Origin: Gemmatimonas sp.
GTDB taxonomy: Bacteria; Gemmatimonadota; Gemmatimonadetes; Gemmatimonadales; Gemmatimonadaceae
Direction of reading: 5' to 3'
Assembly: GCA_031414535.1 (NCBI GenBank)
Contig: JANNVQ010000002.1
Location: 1-64,000 of the forward strand
DNA length: 64,000 nucleotides
Shown here: positions 30,358 through 40,260 of the stretch, piece by piece
Layout: every line of letters begins with the position of its first letter
Position numbering within the stretch: position 1 is the first letter of the stretch
The notes under the pieces: model-generated
Database searches by the model: none
Seen by the model: the letters and a program-made list of their open reading frames with translations, nothing else
What the model was told of the DNA's origin: nothing
Program-made: the position numbers and the translations under genes

Positions 30358-32406
30358 ATGTTTCGTGCGCTTGTTGGTTCGCTATTCCTCGCGTCGCTCC
30401 TCGTCCCGCCCGCGCTCAAGGCGCAGTCCACGCGAGCACCGCGCGATTCCGCCGCGCGCGATACCCTCGAATCGGTCGTCGTGCGTGCGGTGCGCGCCGG
30501 CGGGGCGGCACCGACCTCGCAGACGGTGCTTGATCGCGAAAAGATTGAGCGCAGTTACGTCGGGCAGGATGCGCCGCTCGCCTTGCTGGGCACCACGGGC
30601 GTGACGGCGGCATCGGATGCGGGCACGTTTTCGGGATACAGTTCCATTCGCCTGCGAGGTGTGGACCAAACACGTCTCGCTATTTCCGTAGACGGCGTAC
30701 CGCTCAATGATCCCGAAGATCAGGTGCTGTACTTCTCGAACGTCCCGGACTTCATGAATTCCATGCAGACGGTGCGCGTGCAGCGCGGCGTGGGGTCGAG
30801 TGCGTTCGGCACGGCCTCGTTGGCGGGTTCGCTGGACTTTGAGTCGCTACCCTTGCTCACGACGCCAGCCTTTCGTGAGCTGCAGGTGAGCGGTGGGTCA
30901 TGGGGCACCCGGCGCACGAGCGTGGAGGCCGCGTCGGGTGCGCGCGGACGCTTCGCCGCCTACGGGCGTGTGTCGGCGCAGGAGACTGATGGATATCGGG
31001 AGCACTCGGGGAATCGCGCCGCCTCGGGCTTCGTCTCGCTGGGCTGGTTCGGTGCCAACGACGCGCTCAAGTTCACGGGCTTCGCGGGACGCTCGCGGAT
31101 GCAGTTGGCCTACTACGCGCCCAGCGAAGGCGCACTGGCCGCGAACCCCCGCGCCAATCCGATGGGTGTTGACGAACGAGACAACTTCCGGCAGGAGATG
31201 GCCAGTCTGCAGTACACGCGGGTGTTGAAGCCTGGGTTGACGCTGACCACGACGGGGTATCGCAACTCAGCGGGCGGCTGGTACGACGTAAACGTCGGCG
31301 ATCCGACGCTCTGGCGCTTCAACCTCGATCACGTGTGGTATGGCGCGCTGTCCGTGCTGAACTGGAGCGGTGATGTGGTGAACGTGTCGGCGGGCGCGCA
31401 TCTGAGTGACTACGCGCGCGACCACTTTCTCAATATCAAGCCGGATGTCAGCGCACGCGTCTATGACAACACCGGCCACAAGCAGGAGCAGAGTGCGTTT
31501 GTGAAGGCCACGATGACGCACGGGCCGGTGGATTGGCACCTGGATGTTCAGCTGCGACGGGCCGCCTTCAGGTACGCACCGAGCGCCGGCACCACATTCG
31601 CGGATCCTCAGGCGGACTGGTTGTTTGTGAATCCCAAAGTAGGCGTAACGTGGCGCGCGCGTCCGGCCCTTGAGGTCTTCGCATCACTGGGGCAAGCGCA
31701 GCGTGAGCCGACGCGTAGCGACATGTTTGCCGGCGCCGACGACCTAGATGACGCCGCCGCGGCAGATGTGCTTCCGCTGACCCGAGTGAAGCCTGAGCGT
31801 CTCACCGATCTCGAAGTCGGTGCGCGGTACAGACGCGGCGCGCTCCAAGCCAGTGTAAACGGCTTCGCGATGCAGTTTCGCGACGAGATCGCCCCCATTG
31901 GGCAGCTGAGCGTCACCGGTAGTCAACTGCGCCGCAATGTAGACCGCTCCTCTCGCGTGGGCGTGGAAGCGGAGCTCGCTTGGCAACTGTTCTCCTCGCT
32001 CGGCATCACGGCCAATGCCATGCTCATGCGCGCGCGCATTGAGGAGTTCACCGACGAGGCGACGGCCACCACGTACACCGATGTGCGGCCCCTCCTGACC
32101 CCAGCCGTGCTGGCCAATGCAGAGGTGGCCTGGAACCCGAGCTCAACACTGGAACTGACGGTGAACGCACGGCATGTGGCGAAGTCGCAGCTCGCAAATG
32201 ATGGTAACGACGCCCTGGTCACCCCCGCCTTCACGATTGCCGATGCCGGAGCCGCGTACCGTTTTGCCCGCGCGACACTGCGCGTGCAGGTGCAGAACCT
32301 CTTTGATGCGACCGCCTACGCGAGCGGCTACACCGACGGCACCGAGCGCTACTTTTTCCCGGTGGCCACACGCACCCTGATGGCGACGATTGCGCTACGC
32401 TTCTAA
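30358..32406 (+). CDS. TonB-dependent receptor, probable thiamine uptake
   Basis: Signal peptide, plug motif IRLRG...DGVPLNDPED...VQRGVGSS, C-terminal Phe; TPP riboswitch upstream. Confidence 0.9.
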   Translation: MFRALVGSLFLASLLVPPALKAQSTRAPRDSAARDTLESVVVRAVRAGGAAPTSQTVLDREKIERSYVGQDAPLALLGTTGVTAASDAGTFSGYSSIRLRGVDQTRLAISVDGVPLNDPEDQVLYFSNVPDFMNSMQTVRVQRGVGSSAFGTASLAGSLDFESLPLLTTPAFRELQVSGGSWGTRRTSVEAASGARGRFAAYGRVSAQETDGYREHSGNRAASGFVSLGWFGANDALKFTGFAGRSRMQLAYYAPSEGALAANPRANPMGVDERDNFRQEMASLQYTRVLKPGLTLTTTGYRNSAGGWYDVNVGDPTLWRFNLDHVWYGALSVLNWSGDVVNVSAGAHLSDYARDHFLNIKPDVSARVYDNTGHKQEQSAFVKATMTHGPVDWHLDVQLRRAAFRYAPSAGTTFADPQADWLFVNPKVGVTWRARPALEVFASLGQAQREPTRSDMFAGADDLDDAAAADVLPLTRVKPERLTDLEVGARYRRGALQASVNGFAMQFRDEIAPIGQLSVTGSQLRRNVDRSSRVGVEAELAWQLFSSLGITANAMLMRARIEEFTDEATATTYTDVRPLLTPAVLANAEVAWNPSSTLELTVNARHVAKSQLANDGNDALVTPAFTIADAGAAYRFARATLRVQVQNLFDATAYASGYTDGTERYFFPVATRTLMATIALRF

Positions 32407-32414
32407 GTTATGTG

Positions 32415-32903
32415 ATGCCTATCCGCACGCTCCAGCAGGAACTTAAGCAGTCCAAGCCCTTCGATACTCCAGCGGATGAGGCGTTGGTGGCGCTCATGCG
32501 CAGCGCCTCACTCGTTCGCCGGGCCATTGCGCAGCGGGTGGAGCCCTATGGCATCTCGCCGGCGCAGTACAACGTCATGCGCATTCTCCGTGGGGCAGGA
32601 GCCGAGGGGCTGCCCACGCTCGCCGTGCGCGATCGCCTGATTGAAGAGGCGCCAGGAATCACGCGGGTGATGGACAAGCTTGAAGAGGCGGGGCATGTGG
32701 CACGGAAGCGCGCCAGGGATGACCGCCGCGTCGTGCATTGCGTCATCACCGATCAGGGCCTGCGCCTGCTCGCCGCGATGGATACCCTCGTGCACGAGAC
32801 AGCCCAGCTCATCACGACGGGTCTGCCGGATGAGGCCGAGCAGCAGGCACTGATTGTATTGCTCGCGAAGGTCAGGGCTGGGTTGGACGACGCGGCGCGC
32901 TGA
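32415..32903 (+). CDS. MarR family transcriptional regulator
   Basis: GISPAQYNVMRIL, ITRVMDKLE..G.V.R....DRR....ITDQG wHTH pattern. Confidence 0.9.
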   Translation: MPIRTLQQELKQSKPFDTPADEALVALMRSASLVRRAIAQRVEPYGISPAQYNVMRILRGAGAEGLPTLAVRDRLIEEAPGITRVMDKLEEAGHVARKRARDDRRVVHCVITDQGLRLLAAMDTLVHETAQLITTGLPDEAEQQALIVLLAKVRAGLDDAAR

Positions 32904-34383
32904 CCTCGCGCATCACGTAGAACTCGTCTCCCTCGAGCACGCGGTCCACGACATCCATGCCCGCGACCACCACACCGAACACCGTGTAGTCCTGCGTCAG
33001 GCGCGCATTGTCGCGGAGGTTGATGAACCACTGCGCGTCGCCGGTGTCATGGCCGCGAGTACTCATTCCCACGCTGCCGCGCGGATGTGGAATCGTCCCG
33101 AGCTCATCCACCAAGAAGAACTTTGATCCCGCGTATTCGTTGTCCGCGCGACTGCCGCCTTGAATCACAAATCCCGGCTCCACGCGGTGCCAGCGTTGGC
33201 CGTTGTAGCCAGAGGCGCGGACGCGAGCGAGGACGCGCGCTGCCATAATCGGTGCGACGTCGCCGCGCAGTTCTACGGTAAAGCTGGCACCGCCGTGCAG
33301 CCGCGAGCTGATGACCTCGATAAAGCGCGATTCGCCGAGCGCGAGCGCCACGACTTCGCGGGGCAGGGAATCCGGCTGTCGCAGCAACCAAGCTTCTGGC
33401 GTGCTATCGCCAAGGATGCGCCGTAAGGCGCTGCGCACATCGCGTTCCGAGGCGATGTTGCGCGCGGTCACGCTGCTCAACGCGCGCTGCGTCGTCGGCT
33501 GGGCGGACGGCGACATGCTTCCTTTGAGTGCCTCGGCGGCGGCCAGTGCCACTTGTGGCACGGTAGACGCGAGATGTGAGAGGTACAGAGCGTCGTAGGC
33601 GTGCCCAGCGACGCGAGAGAGGCCTTGGATCGCCGCCTCAGCCACGTTGCCGTCGGCGTCCCTCGCGAGGCGTCGCAATAGCACGGTGTCGCGCGTGATG
33701 AGGGCCGCGCGAGCTGCCGCGCGTCGCACCTGTGGCATCGAGTGCCGTGCGTAGCGGTAGCTCAACGTAAAGACGGAGTCTGGCGCCAGCGACGCATAGC
33801 TTACCAGCGCCGCTGCACCCTCGTGCCACGAACCCCGCGAGCGCTGGCGGGAGCTGGCGTTGGCCGGCAGATCGCGAATGAACCGGCGGAGCGCCGCGAG
33901 CATCTCGGGATGCGAGTTGCAGGCCGCTTGGTTTCCTGCAAGGACAATCGCCCGAAGGCGTACCTGAATGGCAGAGTCACCGACGGCGCGGTAGAGGGTA
34001 TCGCAGCCGACAGTGCGCGGCGAAAGCGTCCGGAAGCGCTCCGCCCACTCCGGCACTGCCCACACTGGTAGCGGCCGAGTATCAGGTCGCCCCAGCGAAT
34101 CGCGAGCGGCAAAGCTCGAATCGGAGATACGCGCCGCGGCTCGACGGCTGATGCCGCGCACGCGGGGATCGGCGTGGGCGGCCCCCACTCGTAGCGCCTC
34201 GGCGCCGGCATCGCGCTGTTCCTCCGCCGTAAGGACGGCGTAAATGAGGGCCGAGTCCGCGGGCGTGAGTTCGCGCGTCGCAGGTTGCTGGGCGCCGGCG
34301 GAAGGGGCGTGGAGGGCTACGGCGCTGGCTGCCAGAAGGCAAGCGCGACCGAGGATATTCGAGGTCCTGGAGATCTTACACAT
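32872..34383 (-). CDS. Secreted HEAT-repeat protein with C-terminal cyclophilin-type PPIase domain
   Basis: Signal peptide, helical repeats, WHRVEPGFVIQGG, GSVGM, QWFIN and YTVFG.V..GMDVVD. Confidence 0.85.
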   Translation of the reverse strand: MCKISRTSNILGRACLLAASAVALHAPSAGAQQPATRELTPADSALIYAVLTAEEQRDAGAEALRVGAAHADPRVRGISRRAAARISDSSFAARDSLGRPDTRPLPVWAVPEWAERFRTLSPRTVGCDTLYRAVGDSAIQVRLRAIVLAGNQAACNSHPEMLAALRRFIRDLPANASSRQRSRGSWHEGAAALVSYASLAPDSVFTLSYRYARHSMPQVRRAAARAALITRDTVLLRRLARDADGNVAEAAIQGLSRVAGHAYDALYLSHLASTVPQVALAAAEALKGSMSPSAQPTTQRALSSVTARNIASERDVRSALRRILGDSTPEAWLLRQPDSLPREVVALALGESRFIEVISSRLHGGASFTVELRGDVAPIMAARVLARVRASGYNGQRWHRVEPGFVIQGGSRADNEYAGSKFFLVDELGTIPHPRGSVGMSTRGHDTGDAQWFINLRDNARLTQDYTVFGVVVAGMDVVDRVLEGDEFYVMREVSAPRRPTQP

Positions 34384-34445
34384 AGCCAGATGCTACTTTA
34401 GCCGCGTAGACCCGGAAAGTCCCCGCGGCTAGAATTCCTGTACCT

Positions 34446-34967
34446 ATGATGCTTGTCCTCAAGTTCCTCCAGACGCTTCTTAAGGCGCTCAACTCGGATG
34501 GCACGCCGGGACAAGTGGGTATGGGCATGGCGGTGGGGCTCTGCTTTGGTCTCACGCCATTGGTCTCGCTGCACAACCTGCTCGTACTGGCCGTGGCGAT
34601 GCTCACCACGCTGTCGTTCCCCGGTGTGTTCCTCGGCTGGGCCATTGCCACGCCGCTGGGCTTTATGCTCGACCCGCTGTTCGATCGCATCGGGATGGCG
34701 CTACTGACTAACGACGCCCTCGCGCCGATGTTCGTGTGGATTGTCAACACACCCGTCATCGCGCTTTCGCGCCTGAACAATTCTGTGGTGCTCGGGAGCC
34801 TCGTCGCGTGGCTGGTGCTGCTCGTGCCGAGCTACTTCCTGTTCACGGTGCTCGTGCGTCGCTATCGCGCGGATGTGTACGCGCACGTGCAGAAGTGGAA
34901 GGTGGTGCAAGTCGTGAAGGGCTCAAAGGCATTTGAGCTCTACCAGTCATGGTGGCCGTCCACGTGA
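34446..34967 (+). CDS. TIGR03546-like membrane protein
   Basis: 'ALNS...P.Q......G...GLTP', LDPLFD..G..LL and NNSVVLGS; paired with the next gene. Confidence 0.8.
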   Translation: MMLVLKFLQTLLKALNSDGTPGQVGMGMAVGLCFGLTPLVSLHNLLVLAVAMLTTLSFPGVFLGWAIATPLGFMLDPLFDRIGMALLTNDALAPMFVWIVNTPVIALSRLNNSVVLGSLVAWLVLLVPSYFLFTVLVRRYRADVYAHVQKWKVVQVVKGSKAFELYQSWWPST

Positions 34968-36781
34968 GATACATACGCTGGAAGGCTCTGCTGCCCTTGA
35001 GCGTGGTGCTCGGGCTGATTGCGCTGTGGGCCCTTCTGTTTGCCGACCGCACGCTCAAGTGGGCGGTGGAAGCGGGTGGGACCGCGGCCGTGGGTGCGCG
35101 CGTGGATGTGGCGCGTGCACAGTTGGGGATTCTCGATGGCCGCGTGGCACTCGAGGGTCTGGCGGTGACGGACCCGAATGCGCCGATGACGAACATGTTC
35201 GAGGTGGAGGCGCTGGTATTCACTGTCGGTCTTCGGCCGGCCTTGGAGAAAAAGGTTGTCATTGATACCGCATCGGCACTTGGCATCCGCTTCGGGACGC
35301 CTCGGCGGGTCTCTGGCGCGATACCGCAGAAGCGAAAAGACGCGGAAGAGACGTCTGCCGTGATGGAGGCCTTCAGGCGGCAAGTGAAAGTGCCGCCGCT
35401 TGAGCTCTCCACGCTCACGAAGTCCGTAGACGTTGGCGCAATTTCCGCGGACTCTCTCGCAACGCTGCGCGAAGCGCGGCACGCGCTGGCATTTGCCGAT
35501 ACGGCCAAGGCCAAGTTGCTAGCCGACATCGCAGCCGCTGATCCTCGGCCCACGCTGGACTCCGCCCAAGCCCTCGCCACGCGCTTGCAGAGCGCCAACC
35601 TCCGCACCCTTGGCATTGGCGGAGCGCGGCAAGCCGTGACTGATGTGCGGCGGACCCTGCGCGATTTGGGACAGCTCGACGACAAGCTCAAGGCGCTCGA
35701 CACGGAGACGCGGGGCAATGCCGCGGGCATGCAGGCACGCCTGGCGGCCATTCCGGCTGCACGCACCGAGGACTACGCCTACGCGCGTTCGCTGCTAAAA
35801 CTACCGAGCTTCGAAGTCCCAAGCATCGGCCCGCAACTCTTCAGTGATCTTGTGGCCGAGAAGATGGCTGGCGTGATGTACTGGCTCGAACGAGCCCAGA
35901 AGTACGTGCCGCCCGGATTACAGCGGCAGATGCAACCGGGCCGCGATCGCGTGAGAGCGGCGGGCACCGACGTGCTGTTTCCGAAGGAGCGAGTGTATCC
36001 CGACTTTTTGATGCGGCTGGCCGAACTGTCGCTCACGCTCGGCGGTGAGGGTGCAAACGCGGGCAATTACTCCGCCAAGATTGTGGGACTGACCTCGCAA
36101 CCTGCGGTGTATGGGGCGCCAACCACGTTCGCCTTGTCACGATTGGGCGGGCAGGCTGGGCCGCGCGATATTCGCGTGCAGGGATTCTTCGATCATCGTT
36201 CGGCGCCCGTGCGTGATACCATCGCGGCGAGCTTCGTGGGGATCACGCTTCCCACCTTCCCGCTCGGAGGACTCGGGGGGGCCGTGGTACTTGGCAGCGG
36301 GTTCTCGCAGCTTACAGTCGAACGGCGCGGCGAGGCCATGACTGGGCGTTGGCTGTGGCGCGCGCCGAGTGTGACCTGGCAGCGCGACAGCACGCGGCCA
36401 CGCCCAGCCAACGCGCGCACGGCGTTCGTTGAGGACGCGCTGTGGCGAGCCCTTGCTCGCGTGGACTCGGTGGAGATTGATGCGCGCTTTGGCGGCACGC
36501 TGCGCAACCCGACGCTGGCAATTCGTACCAACATCGCCGACGCGATGGCCAATGCGCTCAAGGAGCAGCTCGGCGAGGAAGTACGTCGTGCCGAGCAACA
36601 GGTGCGCGCGCGTGTGAATGCGTTGGTGGATGAGGAGGTTGCGAAGGCGCGGGCCGCAGCCGAAGCGGCAAAGGTTCAGGTGACGGAGCGCATTGCCGCG
36701 GAGCGTGCGCGGCTTGAGGTGCAGAAGACGGCTCTGGAAGCGCGCCTGCGCGAGCTCACACGCATCCCAGGCATTAGCTGA
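34964..36781 (+). CDS. TIGR03545-like protein (N-terminal TM, large periplasmic body)
   Basis: IRW N-terminus, GA.VD, VTDP..PM.N.F, FGTPR..SGA, GTDV.F and PDFL motifs; GTGA overlap. Confidence 0.8.
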   Translation: MRYIRWKALLPLSVVLGLIALWALLFADRTLKWAVEAGGTAAVGARVDVARAQLGILDGRVALEGLAVTDPNAPMTNMFEVEALVFTVGLRPALEKKVVIDTASALGIRFGTPRRVSGAIPQKRKDAEETSAVMEAFRRQVKVPPLELSTLTKSVDVGAISADSLATLREARHALAFADTAKAKLLADIAAADPRPTLDSAQALATRLQSANLRTLGIGGARQAVTDVRRTLRDLGQLDDKLKALDTETRGNAAGMQARLAAIPAARTEDYAYARSLLKLPSFEVPSIGPQLFSDLVAEKMAGVMYWLERAQKYVPPGLQRQMQPGRDRVRAAGTDVLFPKERVYPDFLMRLAELSLTLGGEGANAGNYSAKIVGLTSQPAVYGAPTTFALSRLGGQAGPRDIRVQGFFDHRSAPVRDTIAASFVGITLPTFPLGGLGGAVVLGSGFSQLTVERRGEAMTGRWLWRAPSVTWQRDSTRPRPANARTAFVEDALWRALARVDSVEIDARFGGTLRNPTLAIRTNIADAMANALKEQLGEEVRRAEQQVRARVNALVDEEVAKARAAAEAAKVQVTERIAAERARLEVQKTALEARLRELTRIPGIS

Positions 36782-36852
36782 TCCGCAGGACTCGCCTTTG
36801 GCTAAGGCTCTCGGTTGGCGCTATGATTGATGGTCCTTTACAGGGGCTGCAG

Positions 36853-37641
36853 ATGGTGACGCTGGGTCGCGTGTTTGCGTTAGTGCTCGTATTGCTGGCT
36901 GGAGCCGGGCAAGCAGAGGCTCAGGGCTTCGTAGGGAGCTGGGAGTACACGGCGCCAAACGGGACCAAGATTTCCTTGGTGCTCCGCCAAGATGGGCGCC
37001 GAGTCTTAGGGAGCCTGAGCGGTAACGGGTCTCGCTTCGAGGTCGAAGCAGAAATCGCGGCCGACGGACTTTTCTATGGGACCGCCAAAGCCCAAGCAGG
37101 GTCGCTGTTCATTGGTGGCGAGCTGAACGGCGAACAACTCGGTGTCGCGTTGGCGGAAATGGCGGCCGCTGGCGTGCCCGACATGCGCAATGCGCAGGAG
37201 ATGCGTATGCAGCGCGTCTCGGCAGGCGCGGTGACACCAGGTGCTCCGACGGGTCCATCGCCGAGTAATCCCGGGGGAAGCAACCCAAGTGCGAGCAGTC
37301 CCGCTGACCAGCAACTCTCGCAACTGCTGACGTCTAGCCCGTGGTGCTACATGCGTTATTCGCAGGCCATGGGCGCCACGAGCACGGAGCGCGTGGTATT
37401 CTCGCGTGACGGTCGCGTGGTGAGCCGTATGCAGCGTGAAAGTTCCGTGAATAATCGCGAAGGCAGCTACTACGGCAATAGCACGGACGGAGAGCAGGGT
37501 TTCTGGCGCGTGCAGAATGGCAACCTGATGCTTTCCGCAGACGGACAGAATTTTCAGCCGGCACCGATCTCGGTGGCGCCGAACAGCAATGGCGCGCCCA
37601 TCATTACGACGGGTGGCAAGGAATACAACCGCTGCAATTGA
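36853..37641 (+). CDS. Secreted two-domain hypothetical protein
   Basis: Signal peptide (AEA|Q), beta-rich domain, Pro/Ser/Gly linker and second domain with two Cys. Confidence 0.7.
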   Translation: MVTLGRVFALVLVLLAGAGQAEAQGFVGSWEYTAPNGTKISLVLRQDGRRVLGSLSGNGSRFEVEAEIAADGLFYGTAKAQAGSLFIGGELNGEQLGVALAEMAAAGVPDMRNAQEMRMQRVSAGAVTPGAPTGPSPSNPGGSNPSASSPADQQLSQLLTSSPWCYMRYSQAMGATSTERVVFSRDGRVVSRMQRESSVNNREGSYYGNSTDGEQGFWRVQNGNLMLSADGQNFQPAPISVAPNSNGAPIITTGGKEYNRCN

Positions 37642-37655
37642 AGGAGATGCTGTAA

Positions 37656-38582
37656 ATGGCCATCGGACGTTCGCTGCTGCTTGCAGCGGCAAAGAGTGAC
37701 ACGCTGAATCGCATTGCCACCAAGAGCTCGGTGGTAAAGCGTGCGACGCGCGCCTTCATGCCGGGCGAGACGATGGACGACGGCCTCGCGGCTGGCGCGG
37801 GGATAGCGGCCTCGGGCCGGCAGATTCTCTACACGCGCTTGGGCGAGGCCCTGACGGACATTCGCGAGGCCGATGGCGTACGCGACCACTACCTTCGCTT
37901 GTTCGACGCCATCAAGCAGCGCGGGTTGCCCGCCCAGGTGAGCGTGAAGCCCACGCAGTTGGGCTTTGATCAATCGCTGGATACGTGCGCCGAGCATTGC
38001 GCGGCGCTGGCTGATAGGGCAGAGCAGACGGGCTCGGCGCTGTGGCTCGACATGGAAGATTCCACCACGGTTGATCGCACCCTAGAACTGTACCGAGTCA
38101 TTCGCCAGCGACATGCGCGCGCGGGTCTCGCGCTCCAGGCCTATCTCTACCGCACGCCAAAGGATGTGGACGCGCTGCTACCGTTGGGCCCAACCATTCG
38201 ATTGGTGAAGGGCGCCTACGCCGAGCCGACGAACGTCGCGTTCCCGGTGAAGGCGGACACCGATCATGCCTACGAGGAGATTGCGGTGCAGATGCTGGAG
38301 GCCGCCAAGCGCGGGAACTGCACGCCCATTCTCGGGACGCACGATGTGCCCTTGCTTCGCCGCATCATCACGAGAGCACGCGCGCTCGGCGTGAAGCCGG
38401 GTCAGTATGAAGTCCATATGCTCTTCGGCATTCGCGATCGCGAGCAACTGATGCTCAAGGCCGAAGGCGAACGGGTGGCCACGCTCATTTCGTACGGCGA
38501 GGCGTGGTATCGCTGGTACATGCGCCGTTTAGCGGAGCGTCCGGCGAATGTGGGGTTTGTGGTGCGGTCGTTTTTTGGGTAA
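37656..38582 (+). CDS. Monofunctional proline dehydrogenase
   Basis: SVKPTQLG, DMEDS, QAYLYRT, RLVKGAY, GTHD and YMRRLAERPAN motifs; GAAGGAG RBS. Confidence 0.93.
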   Translation: MAIGRSLLLAAAKSDTLNRIATKSSVVKRATRAFMPGETMDDGLAAGAGIAASGRQILYTRLGEALTDIREADGVRDHYLRLFDAIKQRGLPAQVSVKPTQLGFDQSLDTCAEHCAALADRAEQTGSALWLDMEDSTTVDRTLELYRVIRQRHARAGLALQAYLYRTPKDVDALLPLGPTIRLVKGAYAEPTNVAFPVKADTDHAYEEIAVQMLEAAKRGNCTPILGTHDVPLLRRIITRARALGVKPGQYEVHMLFGIRDREQLMLKAEGERVATLISYGEAWYRWYMRRLAERPANVGFVVRSFFG

Positions 38583-38627
38583 GACGGACGACGGATGCTG
38601 TTCGCGTCCGTCATTCGTCATCCGTCC
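38583..38627. repeat. Short heptamer-arm inverted-repeat element, copy E
   Basis: GACGGACGACGGATGC-TGTTC-GCGTCCGTCATTCGTCATCCGTCC, between convergent genes. Confidence 0.75.
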
Positions 38628-38628
38628 T

Positions 38629-39075
38629 CTACGGAAACACAAACGTCCGATAGCTGAGTTGCCGGTCCGCCACGGCCTTCACGAGGTCGGTCGTGGTGAT
38701 GATGCCAATCAGCTTGTCGCCTTCCACCACGGGCAGGCGGTGGACCTGCTCCTTCTGCATCATCTCGGCGGCGCGACTTGCTGGGGCGTCCGGGGCGATC
38801 GTTGCGAGTGGGCCCGGCGTCATCGCCTCATCCACTGTGTGATCGTCGAGAATGCCGTGCTCCATTCCGCCGCTCACGGCTTCCGGATCTGCCGGCAACG
38901 CAGAGATGAAGTCGAGCAGATCACGCGCCGAGATCATCCCGATCACTTTGCCGAGCCGAACTACCGGTGCTCCGCTGACGTGCTCGGTGGCGAGCAGTTC
39001 CGCGGTCTCGCGGATGGTGGTGTTTGGGGCAACGTGAAACACATCGCGGGTCATGAGGTCGCGGACTTTCAGCAT
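38629..39075 (-). CDS. CBS-domain pair protein
   Basis: VRDLMT, SGAPVV...GMIS..D, VDEAMT and HRLPVV...GIIT..D motifs. Confidence 0.9.
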   Translation of the reverse strand: MLKVRDLMTRDVFHVAPNTTIRETAELLATEHVSGAPVVRLGKVIGMISARDLLDFISALPADPEAVSGGMEHGILDDHTVDEAMTPGPLATIAPDAPASRAAEMMQKEQVHRLPVVEGDKLIGIITTTDLVKAVADRQLSYRTFVFP

Positions 39076-39259
39076 TTCTCCCCCTGCGCACAGTGAGCCA
39101 ACGCTTGAAAGTTCGGCCGGGGGGGAGGTGCTTGGTATCGGGGGGTACCCGCGGCGGATGTGAGGGAACACCTCTCAGGGTGCTTGCGGAAAGAATCCCT
39201 AGTATATTACCGTATCGGAGTACGCTCAAGCAGAATGTCCCCCTGGTGAGGTGCTTTGA

Positions 39260-40225
39260 ATGCAGCGGTCTCTTCCCGCCTTGCGCGCTGTCCTGTTTGC
39301 TCTGACGGCTTTCACCGTTGGCGCGTGTGCGGAACGCGCGCCCGCACCAGCCGACCAGAACCAGCCGGCCATGCAGTTCACCGAGGCAAACTGGAAGCCT
39401 CAGCGCGAAGCCGACATTCCGAACGACTCGATGGGCGCGTCCGTGCGCCGCGGTCTTTACTTGCTGCGCTTCACGCCGGAATCTCTCCCGCAGTTCGCAA
39501 CATCGGGACTCCGCTGCACCTCCTGCCACCAAGACGACGGGCTCAAGCCCACAGCGGCTCCGCTCACGGGTTCGCACGCCCGATTCCCGAAGTACATGGG
39601 GCGTACAGGCGCCGTCATCACGCTCGCCGACCGCGTGAATTACTGCTTCACTCGCTCCCTCGCGGGCAACGTGCTGCCCGTGGATAGTCGCGAGATGACG
39701 GACCTGCTCGCTTACATGGCATTTGTTTCGCAGGATGTGCCGACGAACTACAAGCTCGCTGGTCACGACGGCCTTATCTCCATGCCCGATACGCTCGACG
39801 GAGACGTGGCTCGCGGTGAGGCGCTGTACGTCTCCAAGACCTGTAGCAGCTGCCATGGTGCGGATGGCAACGGAATCGGCGTGCTGCCACCGCTGTGGGG
39901 ACCGCGCTCGTATTCGATCGGTGCGAGCATGTCGCGCATCGAGCGTGCGGCGAGCTTCATCTACCACAACATGCCACAGTCCGCCCCTGGCACCTTGACG
40001 CATCAGGAAGCCTTCGATCTGTCCGCGTACATCAACAGCAAGCCGCGCCCGGATTCGCCCGCCAAGGAGCTGGACTTCCCGGTGGGCGGGAATGCGCCCG
40101 ACGTGCCCTACGACTTGAACTCTGGCCACAAGGCCTTCCGTCCGCCGCCACTGTTGCCGCGCGCCACGCCCATGAAGGCGGTTGTGCCGGTGCCACAGCG
40201 CGCGGCCGCTCGCGGAGCACGCTGA
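39260..40225 (+). CDS. tsdA: Diheme c-type thiosulfate dehydrogenase (TsdA-like) lipoprotein
   Basis: Lipobox VGAC, CTSCH, active-site RVNYCFTRS, CSSCH, PPLWG..SY..GA.M and NMP. Confidence 0.8.
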   Translation: MQRSLPALRAVLFALTAFTVGACAERAPAPADQNQPAMQFTEANWKPQREADIPNDSMGASVRRGLYLLRFTPESLPQFATSGLRCTSCHQDDGLKPTAAPLTGSHARFPKYMGRTGAVITLADRVNYCFTRSLAGNVLPVDSREMTDLLAYMAFVSQDVPTNYKLAGHDGLISMPDTLDGDVARGEALYVSKTCSSCHGADGNGIGVLPPLWGPRSYSIGASMSRIERAASFIYHNMPQSAPGTLTHQEAFDLSAYINSKPRPDSPAKELDFPVGGNAPDVPYDLNSGHKAFRPPPLLPRATPMKAVVPVPQRAAARGAR

Positions 40226-40260
40226 CGTGACGTGGCAACGCCTCCTCAGAACTGCGACAG

